From positions 10,230,001 to 10,294,000 of the forward strand of contig CM102286.1 of the NCBI GenBank assembly GCA_046563655.1: DNA of 64,000 nt, read 5' to 3'. Source of the stretch: Yuukianura sp. NJ FZ-2021 (lineage: Eukaryota). Positions 45,700 through 56,764 of the stretch are shown piece after piece (the stretch's first letter is position 1; each line of letters opens with the position of its first letter). Under the pieces are notes generated by a model. That model ran no database searches. It was not told the origin of the DNA and saw only the letters and a program-made list of their open reading frames with translations. Both the position numbers and the translations under genes were made by a program.

Positions 45700-48195
45700 T
45701 CAATTGAATTCAAATTCAACAATGATTTCAATACATGATAATTTTATGCTTCGAATTCGATTCAAAATCAACTTGTACGGGACAACTTCGAGGACGAATG
45801 TGAAACTGGACACGGTAAGTAGGAGTACCAACACATAAAATATTGTGATAATATTCGACGTCATGGTCAGCGCCCGTTGTTTCGGTTGTGCATATTTTTT
45901 CGCATTTTTCAACAATATTTGTGCACTTGTAGGGTTAGTTATTGGAATCCATTTTGCCCAGACGTGGTAAATGCCATGAGCCATTAAATCCAAAACCCTT
46001 TTGTAAATAAACTTTTGTCCTGGAGTCCTATCTGCGAACATAGTTCCTCTCCAGAGTTTTAGTATTGTTTCATCGGCCTTACGAAATTTTGGACCAGGCA
46101 TATTTTCCGCCACAGAAATAATTGCGTCCAGCTCATCTTCGTAGTCTAGATGCCCTACTCTTGTACAATTGGACAATTCTTGTACAATGTTCTTGTAATA
46201 TGCTTCAGGCGACATGAACGGTGTTACAGACGTCATTGTAATTGTAGCCTTTGCAAATGGTAGTGGTGAATATTCCTGTACTTGAGAGTTAGCAGTAATA
46301 GTTGTGCTGTGTACGATTCCAGTGTAGTCGCAAAACCACGTTCTAACGTTGTCAGGTAAAGTATTATTTTTTCTATAGTAGTCAATTACGCCAGTTAGAT
46401 ATTTTTGCCGATAGCGATACTTACAAAACGATGGAGTGACGAATTTGTTGGGTTTAAAACCCATTAGGTGCATGACTTCGAATATTTCATCGCACGTTCT
46501 ATTACTTCGCTCGATTCCGTGCCTCACACAAAGCTTGGGAATAATTTCTCTTACATCGGGGTAGCAAAGGCACAATTTTAAATTTGATATGTCGGTGTAG
46601 TTAAAGGAATGCAACCGTTGAAGTTTTGGATTGCCACGAATGTATTCTATCTCATTTGAGAATTGATCAGTAGTAGTAAATGTGAAGTCATTCGCTTGAG
46701 AAGCGCGGGTAATTTGCTGTCTCAATGCCCTGGACCCTGATGTAAGGTCAGATGTAACTAAGCCCTTGTAAGCATTTACTAAAACTAAAATCATCATTCC
46801 CCAAATTGCAAAAAACTTCCTTGAAGTTTTCAACATATTTACAATTTTGTTAAAAAATTGAGGCATCTGAGGGCTAATTTCGAATATGAATGCAATGTTG
46901 TAAAAAATTGTGTTGAAAACGTAGTTCAGTAGAACGGGCCACTTTGGAATCTTACTAAAATTTATCGTTAAAAACAGCATTAGAATTGGTATCCAGATGA
47001 ACATAAAACTGAGGAGAAGAATCCAAGACCACTTATCGTACGGTTTAAGATAAACCTCAAACGGTAAATGCTGAGATACGCCGTCGCAGGTTTCAAAATT
47101 AAAAAATTCTTCCCCAGTTGGAATAAATTTGAAGTCATAATAAATAATATCTTTCCAATCAGCGTCATTCCCCCCAATACGCTGCAATGAACTCATTTTT
47201 CCATGCAATCTTTGATTCCGCAAATAGCGTCCTAAATTCGCAGACATGGTAGATTGTATCATAGCCATTTTTATTTCAAACTGCGCCAGTGCTAAGTAGG
47301 TCATAATGTCTTCGGCAGTCGTTTCATATTTATCAAACTCAAACTCATATACTTTCTTGAACGGATTGTTAAAGAGTCGGTTGAGTAAAGCACCAACGTC
47401 AGTAAAGTCATGATTAATCAGTGATTTATTGAAATAGTAAGCATAGTTATTAATCCTGTAACGACCTGTCCAACATCCCACCGCTAATTTTCCACCGTAC
47501 AAGGTATTGCCCAACATCTGCTCCGCCGCATTACGACAATTTTTTCCTTCCTTTTTCATATCACATCTTGAAATGCCGCGAGTGTAGATCCGCAGAGTCC
47601 TGTAGTATTTTGTAGCCCATCTTGGTTTAGTCTCCCTCCAAAACCATTCGTATCGATGTGGAACGTCATATATTACCGTCACCCTATAGATCTCACAGAA
47701 AGAATGCGGTCTAAATCCACCGAACTTCTTTCGTAAGCGGTAAACTATGACGTACTCGTGCATTAATACCTCATCGCTATCAATGAAGTGGGATTTAATT
47801 CTGAACTTTTGGTTTTCAAATTTAATAACATTTGTATATATAATTGCAGTAGTATGAATGAAATCAGTCGTAACCACAGAAAACTTGCGCGACATTTCTC
47901 TATGGTCGTAAAATTTCTTCTCAAGAAATACAAAAAAGAAACTAAAGCAGAAGTTAGATTTCCGAAAAATTGTAGAGTTGAGAAATTGAACAGAGTTGCT
48001 GATTTGAAATGGTACTGCAACACTTGGCTGTAAGTGTAAAAGTGAGTCAAAAAGAACTAAAAATACCTCACAGTCGGGATATTCGTTCAACAAGTTGTCG
48101 AAATTTTCGACCTCATAAGTGTTGCCAGTGATAGCTGAGATGGCGAAATGACTTAAAAATAAGCACAAAACAGCAAAAAACTTCACACAACACAT
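45700..48195 (-). CDS. Divergent ionotropic-receptor (iGluR/IR)-like membrane protein, intronless, 831 aa
   Basis: Signal peptide, pre-M1 YLKPYDKWSW, M3-like RKFFAIWGMMILVLVNAYKGLVTSDLT, and a C-terminal M4 preceded by ALTM.SNI. Confidence 0.7.
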   Translation of the reverse strand: MCCVKFFAVLCLFLSHFAISAITGNTYEVENFDNLLNEYPDCEVFLVLFDSLLHLQPSVAVPFQISNSVQFLNSTIFRKSNFCFSFFFVFLEKKFYDHREMSRKFSVVTTDFIHTTAIIYTNVIKFENQKFRIKSHFIDSDEVLMHEYVIVYRLRKKFGGFRPHSFCEIYRVTVIYDVPHRYEWFWRETKPRWATKYYRTLRIYTRGISRCDMKKEGKNCRNAAEQMLGNTLYGGKLAVGCWTGRYRINNYAYYFNKSLINHDFTDVGALLNRLFNNPFKKVYEFEFDKYETTAEDIMTYLALAQFEIKMAMIQSTMSANLGRYLRNQRLHGKMSSLQRIGGNDADWKDIIYYDFKFIPTGEEFFNFETCDGVSQHLPFEVYLKPYDKWSWILLLSFMFIWIPILMLFLTINFSKIPKWPVLLNYVFNTIFYNIAFIFEISPQMPQFFNKIVNMLKTSRKFFAIWGMMILVLVNAYKGLVTSDLTSGSRALRQQITRASQANDFTFTTTDQFSNEIEYIRGNPKLQRLHSFNYTDISNLKLCLCYPDVREIIPKLCVRHGIERSNRTCDEIFEVMHLMGFKPNKFVTPSFCKYRYRQKYLTGVIDYYRKNNTLPDNVRTWFCDYTGIVHSTTITANSQVQEYSPLPFAKATITMTSVTPFMSPEAYYKNIVQELSNCTRVGHLDYEDELDAIISVAENMPGPKFRKADETILKLWRGTMFADRTPGQKFIYKRVLDLMAHGIYHVWAKWIPITNPTSAQILLKNAKKYAQPKQRALTMTSNIITIFYVLVLLLTVSSFTFVLEVVPYKLILNRIRSIKLSCIEIIVEFEFN

Positions 48196-48406
48196 TTTTT
48201 TGAAAACTTCACAACTTGTTTCAATTTCCGGTGAAAATGTTGCTTTTCAATATGTTATATTGAATATTGAGAAGCTATAATAAAATACTAGGTAATTTGA
48301 ATCAAGTGAGAATAAAACAGTATCTGATTGTGTAGTCACCTTTCCTCCAGGCAAGCAAACCTCAAACTAATAATTATTTTAAGCTACAAAAGAAGCTTGA
48401 ACCATC

Positions 48407-48914
48407 GGTTCATTGCCATTGTTTTAAATCGAAATACTTATAGAGGCAACTTGCTTCAAAAGGTCAATTGTTTCAAATGAAATTGTTTCGAAAAACACTG
48501 CTTCTAAAGGCCAATTGCTTTGAACAACACTGCATCTAAAAGAATTTGTTTCGAAAGGTTTTGTATCTAAAGCCAAATTGTCTCTAAAGCAAAATTGCTT
48601 GCAAAAATTCTTTGAAACTGATGTACAAAAGATAAGTATAATATATTTCTAGTATCATATTCTTTTTTTCAACAAAATCCCATTGTTCAGAACCTTAACA
48701 AACCTAACCTAAAAGTCATAAAAACATTGTGCTCAACCCTTTTGGAAACAAAAACTTTTCGAAACAGCTAGGCTTTCGAAAAAAATTACAAGCAATTTCT
48801 TTCGCAATTGCTTGTCATCTGAAACAATTAACTTTTAGCAGCAATTCGATCTGAAACAATTCCTTAGAAGCAAATTACTCAGAAGTAATTCATTTGAAAC
48901 AATGGCGGGATCCC
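48407..48914. mobile_element. Foldback MITE with TTGTTTC/GAAACAA-motif arms and 8-bp TSD
   Basis: TSD GAACCATC at 48399-48406 and 48915-48922, GG..CC ends and an aacctaacct centre. Confidence 0.8.
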
Positions 48915-49120
48915 GAACCATCCACGTTTGGAGGTTTTAAGTTTCAAATATTTATAGCTACACATGCTAAGCTAAGCTATTCACACATGCTAAACTATTT
49001 GAACAAGACAAGGCGAAAATTAAAAATTCATCAATAAATAAATGAACACATAAGTTGACCTCAAAACGTCATTGTAAAAATGTTTAATAATATATGTTTT
49101 CTCGTCGAGGTGAATTTTTT

Positions 49121-49689
49121 GGTTCCAGGTCATAAGCGCCTAACCAAAAAGCGCCTCTCCAATAAGCGCCTCTCAATAAGAGCCTAAAAAATAAGTGCCT
49201 CCATCCAAAAAGCGCCTCCACCCAAAAAGCGCCCATATCCAAAAGCGCCTAACCAAAAAGCGCCTCGAGGCAAAAAGCGCCTCCAATCAAAAAGCGCCTC
49301 CAGCTCCAATTTAAAAAAGTGACAAAGAGAAACACTTGAGACGTAATTAACATTGCGAATTTTAAAAAACCTAACCTAACACAACCTAAAACCGCGAGAC
49401 GTAATCAGTATTGCGAGCTTTAACCAAACCTAACACCGCGCCTTCGGCGCGGGAACCTACAGACACTTAATTGAATGAAACCAGATAAAGGCGGTTTTAA
49501 TTGGAACTGGAGGCGCTTTTTGATTGGAGGCGCTTTTTGCCTGGAGGCGGTTTTTGGTTAGGCGCTTTTGGGTATGGGCTCTTTTTGGGTGGAGGCGCTT
49601 TTTGGATGGAGGCGCTTATTTTTTAGGCTCTTATTGAGAGGCGCTTATTGGAGAGGCGCTTTTTGGTTAGGCGCTTATGGGTTGCTACG
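49121..49689. mobile_element. Foldback MITE with AAAAGCGCCT-motif arms and 9-bp TSD
   Basis: TSD GAATTTTTT at 49112-49120 and 49690-49698, ~180-bp near-perfect inverted arms, and core gacgtaatcagtattgcg..aacctaacaccgcgccttcggcgcgg at ~49398-49452. Confidence 0.9.
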
Positions 49690-49900
49690 GAATTTTTTGA
49701 CGGTTCAAAAAAATCTATAGTAGTATAAAACACACATGTCATGAGCAACTTTTAAAAAACTCTTTCATAATTCTTACAGGAATATTCGTATTCATGTTGC
49801 CTGTAGTAAACAATTACCAGTTAACAGCAAGCTTAAAAGTAACGGTGCGTCAAAGTTTTATAACGTTAGACATATTTGAGTATATTTGAGAAAATGTTAC

Positions 49901-52900
49901 CTAGTTGGGCTCCATTAGCTCGATATCCGATGTAGGCTTCTCTTCAACAAGTATCATGGTATCCATTTGTTCTGGAGAAATTTTTATCCACATTTTGAGT
50001 ATAATTGGTATGAATAGGCGCTTGCTTTTGGGCGTAGGCTTGAGTTTGAATAACCAAATTCCCAGAAGGCTGAAAATCAGTCCAACGACTACTGTTAGCA
50101 AACAACTGATGGCGGGATACCAAATCTCTGACATGGAAAAGAAGTCGACAAGGGCGCTGTTGTCAACATCTTTCCAATGTGTGGGTTCCTCCGTAGAGGA
50201 AAATGTATGGAGCGCTTGGTTTGGACAACCGGAGATGTCCAATTCCTTATACTGAACTGGAATGTACTCGTCGTAATAACGAGCTCCAAAGGCAAGGAAA
50301 CCCATGAAGGAATATGTGAATCCCAGTCCTACAATTGCTCCCTACACAATATACAAAAAGTCCAATTCAAAAAACATAAGTCAGGCCAAATGAGTTTAAC
50401 TTAACTTACCCAAGTAATGGTCCATGGAAAAAACGTTCCTGTAAATTAGAAAAAAATGTACTAAAATTACATGCGTTACTTCAACATAACAATAATATCA
50501 TATTCATGTATTTCAGGAATATGTAAATAGTACTCAAGGAACTGTAATATTTTGCAAAAACTCACCTAAAACAAACACACCCAACATTGGTCCTGCTAGA
50601 ATTCCAAGGATTATTGTTGCAGCCTATGATAAAGAAAATACCACTTTTGAATTTGAAAATACGTATTATAAATGGTATGAAAAAGTGAACTAACTGAGAA
50701 GAGGCTGCCCATTTGTTGAGCTATAAAAACGAAACCGAATGCAAGCAGACCGCTAACCGCAGAAATCACTTTTGAAATTAATGTCAGTTTTGATTCTGTC
50801 AGATCGGACTTCCATGGTCTTACGTAATCTTCAACTACAATTGCTGATATGGCATTCACGACGCTTGACACCGTACTGGAAAACAGAAAATTATAATATT
50901 TTTTACATTATTCAATAATTTTAAAGCACAATTGTGGCTCTTAAAATTGGGTTCAGCATGCTCTTGTACACCTGAAACACGTTCCTGCCATCACAAATTA
51001 GCCAGAAACCGTTAAAGATGAATATAGAGCGAGAAATAAATAAGTTCTTAAAAAAATTATAACTCACCAAACTATTTATTTTCAGCCTAAAAATACTTTT
51101 AACGCTAAAACCAATGCTTCATTTTTGAATAAACTAACCAGCCTTACCTTAGTCCTGCGCAAGTGATTCCAGCGACGAATAATCCTAAATTGAAGGATTT
51201 ACTAGTAGTAAGAGTAATTCAAGAACTACAATAAATAAATTCAAACGTATAAACAGTAAACTCCTGAAATTAAGTATACCTGGAAGTCCTGGAATATTTT
51301 CGAACAAATCTATCACAAAGTACGGTAAAAGTTGGTCCATAGCAGTTACGTCCTAAGGCAAATATTGACTGTGAACATGGCTCAATTACTAATAATATTT
51401 CAGTTTAAAGCGTTGGTTGACCTTGTTTGTTAAAGGGTCGCATTTATAATAGTTCGCATACATGACCAGTCCACCAAGATGACAAAGTCCCATGAGTAGC
51501 GTGAGACCAATCAAGTTAATGATAAGGGCACTAACAACAAATTGTACAATAATTGCGGCTTTTCCAATTCCGAATCATTCAATTGCTTAAAATGCTTTAG
51601 AAAAAACTTTGGTTTTACGTGTTTGCCGCTGAAATTGATGGGAGGGAAATGTAACGTTGAACTTGTGCTTGGTTTACATACATTGGAAGCCATGTAAAAT
51701 ATCCACCAATAAGAGCCGTCCAAATTGTGTGCCTCGTGCGCAAATCAAAGTCAGTGCTATTTGAAAACAGTCGTAAGTTAGGATTGAGATTTTTAATATG
51801 ATGGCAGCAAGACTTTGAAAAGTAATTTTGAGCGCTGTTGTTTAAAATTTTTACTCGAAAAACACAAGCCTTCCTGACGCTTCGGCTCTTGCAAACACAA
51901 CGGGAAGTCCGCCAACATTTGAAATTCCCAAAATTACAACTGCTGCCATTGACGAAATCATGATGAGAGCTTGTAAGCTGTCGGTCCACAGAACCTAAGG
52001 GGAAGACTTCATTATGTTGCCAGTATTTAAGATTTCTGCCAAAACTGGCCCATGTTATATATTTTATTCCGCTTGTAGAAACAGGTCGACAGGTAAAATC
52101 TAATAGCATCAGCCATCGGAATGAAACTTACCGCTTTTAAACCACCAATTGTTGAATAAAAGATACACACAGAAAACAAGACTGCGACAAGCGTAATAGG
52201 ATCAAGTTGAGTTGCTACATAGAAAATAAAAATTTTCGAAAATCAATTAAACTGCGAGAATGTATTAATCGATGAATACTGTTCTTTCGCACCTTGACTT
52301 AATGCCAACGCTGGTCCATAGATTACTAACGCCATGAAGAAAATCTGTTAAGATTTCAAATTTTAATCGTCAATCCGAAACAATTTTGAAAGAAAAAATT
52401 CCTTCAACTTACATAATAGATAATATTGACTCCGGTAAAGAAGTGGCGTATCGCCCTATTAAATCTCAATTCCATGTACTGTGAAAACAATTTCACATTC
52501 AGGAGAGGTTAGGTCTTTTATATCATTTTAAAGAAATTGTTTGTCATTTGGTACAATAAAGCTACCCCCATTGCTGAAACCAGTTGCAAATTACGGAAAA
52601 ACGGTACGTAGAAGTACATAAGGCTCAAGGTCAACGGGAGAAAACACAGGAGAGACATTGTAAACTAGCAGAAGAACAACAGAATGAGTTTCAAAATTAA
52701 CCTTTGAAAATCAAAAAATTGACTCGGACAAAAATCAGAATCAGTTTACCTGAGTTCCATATAAATAAACTTCCACAGGATGCCCTAGGACCGTAATGGA
52801 AGAAACGTAGCTGTAAAAGAGGCAACACATAATATTTCGATTTCAATATTTTCCCGACAGTTAAAAGCGTGCTTCATTTTCTTCGGGTTCTTTAATGCGT

Positions 52901-53096
52901 TCTCTCACCTGCAGATTAGTGAAAGAGCCACTGGAAAGGGGTGCATTTTTCTGTTTCCAAGCAAATATTCTGCATTGGTAGAATTTTTAGATCCAAAACA
53001 ACCGAAAAATATTCCGATTCCAGTAGAAAGTGCCAAAACTGTTCCAAAAACTAAGTATTCCGGCCAATCAAATACAACCTCGGTGTTGGATTCCAT
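49901..53096 (-). CDS. Sodium:solute symporter, SLC5A8/12 (sodium-coupled monocarboxylate transporter)-like, multi-exon
   Basis: EYLLGNRKM..FPVALSL, LGHPVEVYLYGTQ, YSTIGGFKAV, NQAQVQRY, DQLLPYFV and SSVVNAISAIVVEDY. Confidence 0.93.
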
Positions 53097-53673
53097 GATC
53101 GGCTAATGATACTGATACAACGAAGAAACTAAATTGAGAATGGCCGATTGGTATCAGCAACGCGTACAATTTAAAGAATCGTAAGAACTAACGCAAGTGC
53201 ATGTTTCAAATCAAAATGGCAAATGCCGCTGAGCTAAGCCGAACATGTTGTGTATCCAGTTAATCCATAATGTTGCACTTGAAAAACGTGGACGTTCTGG
53301 GATTTTAACAGCGAATCCACTTGAACCAAACACTAATCGGTAGATTAGGTATTACCATTTCTATGCTCTATTCAAAGTATCAGGAAAATCATCCGCGTCA
53401 TTTTCTCCGAACAATTACCTTCATTATCATTGACCTACTGTAAAAATAACAGTACAAATTACCCAGGTTAAAATTTTAGTTCTTTACTTTAGTCGATTTG
53501 ATATTTCTGATTTATCAATCGAATAAAAAAATGCCTTCTCATTGGAAAAAATTGACTTAAAATGTATGAAAAACTTATGTTTACGGAAATTACCCATTCG
53601 TGCATAATCGCGCAATTTACTATTTTACTCGAAGCACGCCATTACATAAAAAAAAATTATGTAAGCAGAATTA

Positions 53674-54494
53674 CAGTGTTGGAAAAACCCCGGGGAATTC
53701 AAACGAGAATTAGTTTTCCCCGCGAAAAATTAAAAACCCCGGGGTTTATGGGGTTTAGTGGGGAAATTGGGGATTTCCTTTAAGGAGTACTTATTACGTA
53801 AGCTTGAACACAAATACTACTCTTTTCGTTATGTTTACTGTTCAGCGTTCAGTGTCAACCGTAAGGTCACGCTTTGCGTGTGATAACTTTTGAACGAAAG
53901 TTCAGAAAGAGCCACATATATTATATTTTTTGAATCAGGAGGTGAAGAGCTTTCCAACGCTGTATCACTTGCCGGGGATGACAATAGGTCAATGTTGTGA
54001 CCTTTGACTCGAAATTCCTAGCAGCTTAGTGGTTGTACGAAGTTGAAAATTTGATGAAATGACCTTCACTTCACACCAACCCTAATAAATGGTAAAAATT
54101 TCAGCCAGATCGCCCCGACTATACCTTCTTACAGGGTTTGTCACATACCGTTTCATCGTGGATTAATTCGCAATGAGATCTATGTAACCTCCTCAAACAA
54201 AGTTTCAAAATATTTAAAAAAAAATTCAAAGTGAATTAATTTTGCTGTGTATGGATTGCGGATTGTCAAAAATGGTCAGGAAATGGCATTTAGAAAGTCG
54301 CTAACAATTTTTTAACTTATCCCAAGTTAGTTTTGAGAAAAATTTGTCTCATTTACACTTAATTGTATGCATTCTGTGCATATAAAATTAAAAACCCCAA
54401 TTTCCCCACCCCAGTTGGACCATTTTATACCCCATTTTCCCCATTTTTCGCGGGGTGGGGAAAATGGGGTGGGGTGGGGTGATTGCCAACACTG
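53674..54494. mobile_element. Non-autonomous DNA transposon (P- or hAT-like)
   Basis: CAGTGTTGG / CCAACACTG ends, 7-bp AGAATTA flanks, and CCCC/GGGG subterminal motifs. Confidence 0.65.
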
Positions 54495-54944
54495 AGAATT
54501 AACATCAGCAGAAATACGTAAGTCGAAACTAGGTAAACAATGCATTTAGGTAAGCAATAGATTTAGGCAAGCAGAAAAGAGGTAAGCGGGAATTAGGTTT
54601 TTACTAACTTCTAAATACCCAAGGATTTGTTGATTCTTCAACCCCTTCATGCTGGTTTAGCAATTACTTTCAATACCCACCCTGCACTCAATTTCCTTCT
54701 TAAGAAAAAAAATGAGCAACAGGGGTAACATAAAGTGAAAATAAGTGAAAATAATATCCAACCTCCAAATTAACATATTAATGTCAACGTCCTTCTCATG
54801 GTTAACACACGAAGATTGGAGTTGAATACGTTTCATTCAACAGTGTATTGCTAACTTTTATCATGAAAAGTTAACCTATATGTGCGTGTCCTCAATAACT
54901 TTGACATTAATAAGGAGGGAACTATATTGCAACAAGTTGCAAGG

Positions 54945-55355
54945 TAGTGCTTCAAGTTCGAACTTTAGAGTTCGAACTTCCGAACTCGAACCTAGCTGTT
55001 TTCCTAGGTTCGAAGTTCGAACCTCAGCCAAAAGAGTTCGAACTTACACGTCAATATTGGCAAATATTCAACAATGCATGTACTTCAACAAAAACCGAGG
55101 CATATTGGCACAGAAAGTAGTTTTAGTTCACTTTAAACCTATTGTTTTAAGGTGGTTTTTGAAAAAGAATTTAAATACAGGGGGAAATACACTTCGGATG
55201 TGAATTGCGAAATTTATCACCCTCACCATTGTTTTCACCACCCCTTGCTTTTTACATGTAAAAAAATGTTCGAAAGTTCGAACTTGCTCTTCAGAAAGTT
55301 CGAACTTGGGTTCGAAGTTCGAACTTTTCATTTCGGGCCCGAACTTGAAGCACTA
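54945..55355 (+). mobile_element. hAT MITE rich in GTTCGAAC
   Basis: TIR tagtgcttcaagttcg / cgaacttgaagcacta and 8-bp TSD TTGCAAGG. Confidence 0.92.
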
Positions 55356-55565
55356 TTGCAAGGTGACCAACTGGAAATCTCAAAGGTCATTTCTGTCAGA
55401 GCTGTGTCTTCTAACATACAATTCAAAACTGGTTTTCGCTGATCATCTTAACATCGCACAATTTTCAAGAACGAATAACGGATAGGTGAAGGTGCTTTGT
55501 CTGTAGTTTTAATTTAATCAATTTCTGTGTGTAGTTCTTTACTTAATAGCTGTGTTTTGTATAGA

Positions 55566-56302
55566 ATGAGTGGAGCCGGCACCATACCAGCAGGCTGGTT
55601 AGATTGTGCGAACGCTGGAACTGTTATTGACGATACATTCTTAGCGTTCAAAACACCCCTGAAATCTGCCTTTGATAATCGCGTACCGGTAGACCGTCGC
55701 TGGAATCCTGACAATGTTGTTCAGTACGTAAAGGAAAAGGAGGTGAACAAAATTATTTGCAAAAGTTAAAAAAGTACCTCAGTATTGAAAACAATAACAT
55801 ATTTCTGACATATCCAGATACCAATGGGTCTTTGGATTGATTTGACGAATACAGACAGGTACTTTGACAAATCCGAAGTCGAAAAACATGGAATCAAATA
55901 CCTAAAACTAAAAATGGGAGGAGGCGGTGCGGTACCATCATTTTCTGCCGTCACAACTTTTGCGACACATTGCCAATCGTTTCTTGACGAGCACCCGGGG
56001 TCTGTAATCGGTGTACATTGTAAGATACAAAATGTTTTCGGTAGTTTGAGAACGTTAACTATTAATTTTGGTTTATGTTCTGAACTGAAGGTACTCATGG
56101 GTTCAACCGGACTGGATACCTCATCTGCTCATTTATAGCTCAAGCAAAAAGAAAATCGATTGATGATGTGTTTACCGAATTTTCGGTTGCTCGTCCGCCT
56201 GGAATTTTTCGACAAAATTATGTCTCTGCCCTCTGGAAATTCTATTCAACTCCAAAATCGGTAGCACCATCAGCTCATGCGCCTTCGTGGGACTCAAAGT
56301 AG
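55566..56302 (+). CDS. Stand-alone cysteine-type RNA 5'-triphosphatase (capping-enzyme N-terminal/DUSP11 family), 3 exons
   Basis: IPAGWLDC, FLAFKTPL, GLWIDLTNTDRY, spliced P-loop IGVHCTHGFNRTGYLIC and ARPPGI..NY. Stop right after APSWDSK; no guanylyltransferase exons follow. Confidence 0.88.
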
Positions 56303-56764
56303 AAACAAAAGAAAAGTCATAAAAAAGCTTTTAATTTTTTTTTTTGTTTTGTTTTGTTTTGTTTTTTTTTTTTTGCAAAATAAAATATGGATTTGGAATT
56401 CTCGATATTCTCAGAAATTTTTTAAGTTGAATTACCACATTGTTTTATTTTTATTTTTTATTTTATTTTTTACAAATTATTGAAAAAACAGTATTATTAC
56501 TGAAAGTGTTTCCGAGTTTGGAAATACAATTCCCAACCGCTAATCATTAAATTTCCAGCGTCACGTTTTTAAGATTAACAAGATTTAAGTGTTCAATCAG
56601 TGCTTATGTACCAAAATTTTGCAACTGCAAATTAACGTAACAAAGTAACGGTAGTTCCAATTGTATGACGGACATTTGCTAAAAATTAAATATTTGCTTC
56701 CAGATTTATTTGATGCGTTAATCGTGCATGAAGCTCCATAGAACTTCTAGCTCCTTACTTGATT

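Noticed and set aside
49130..49680. Regularly spaced AAGCGCCT motifs (also at 20660-20916 and 40300-40840) resembling CRISPR arrays
   Set aside because: The motifs form mirror-image arms bounded by TSDs, so they are foldback MITE arms.
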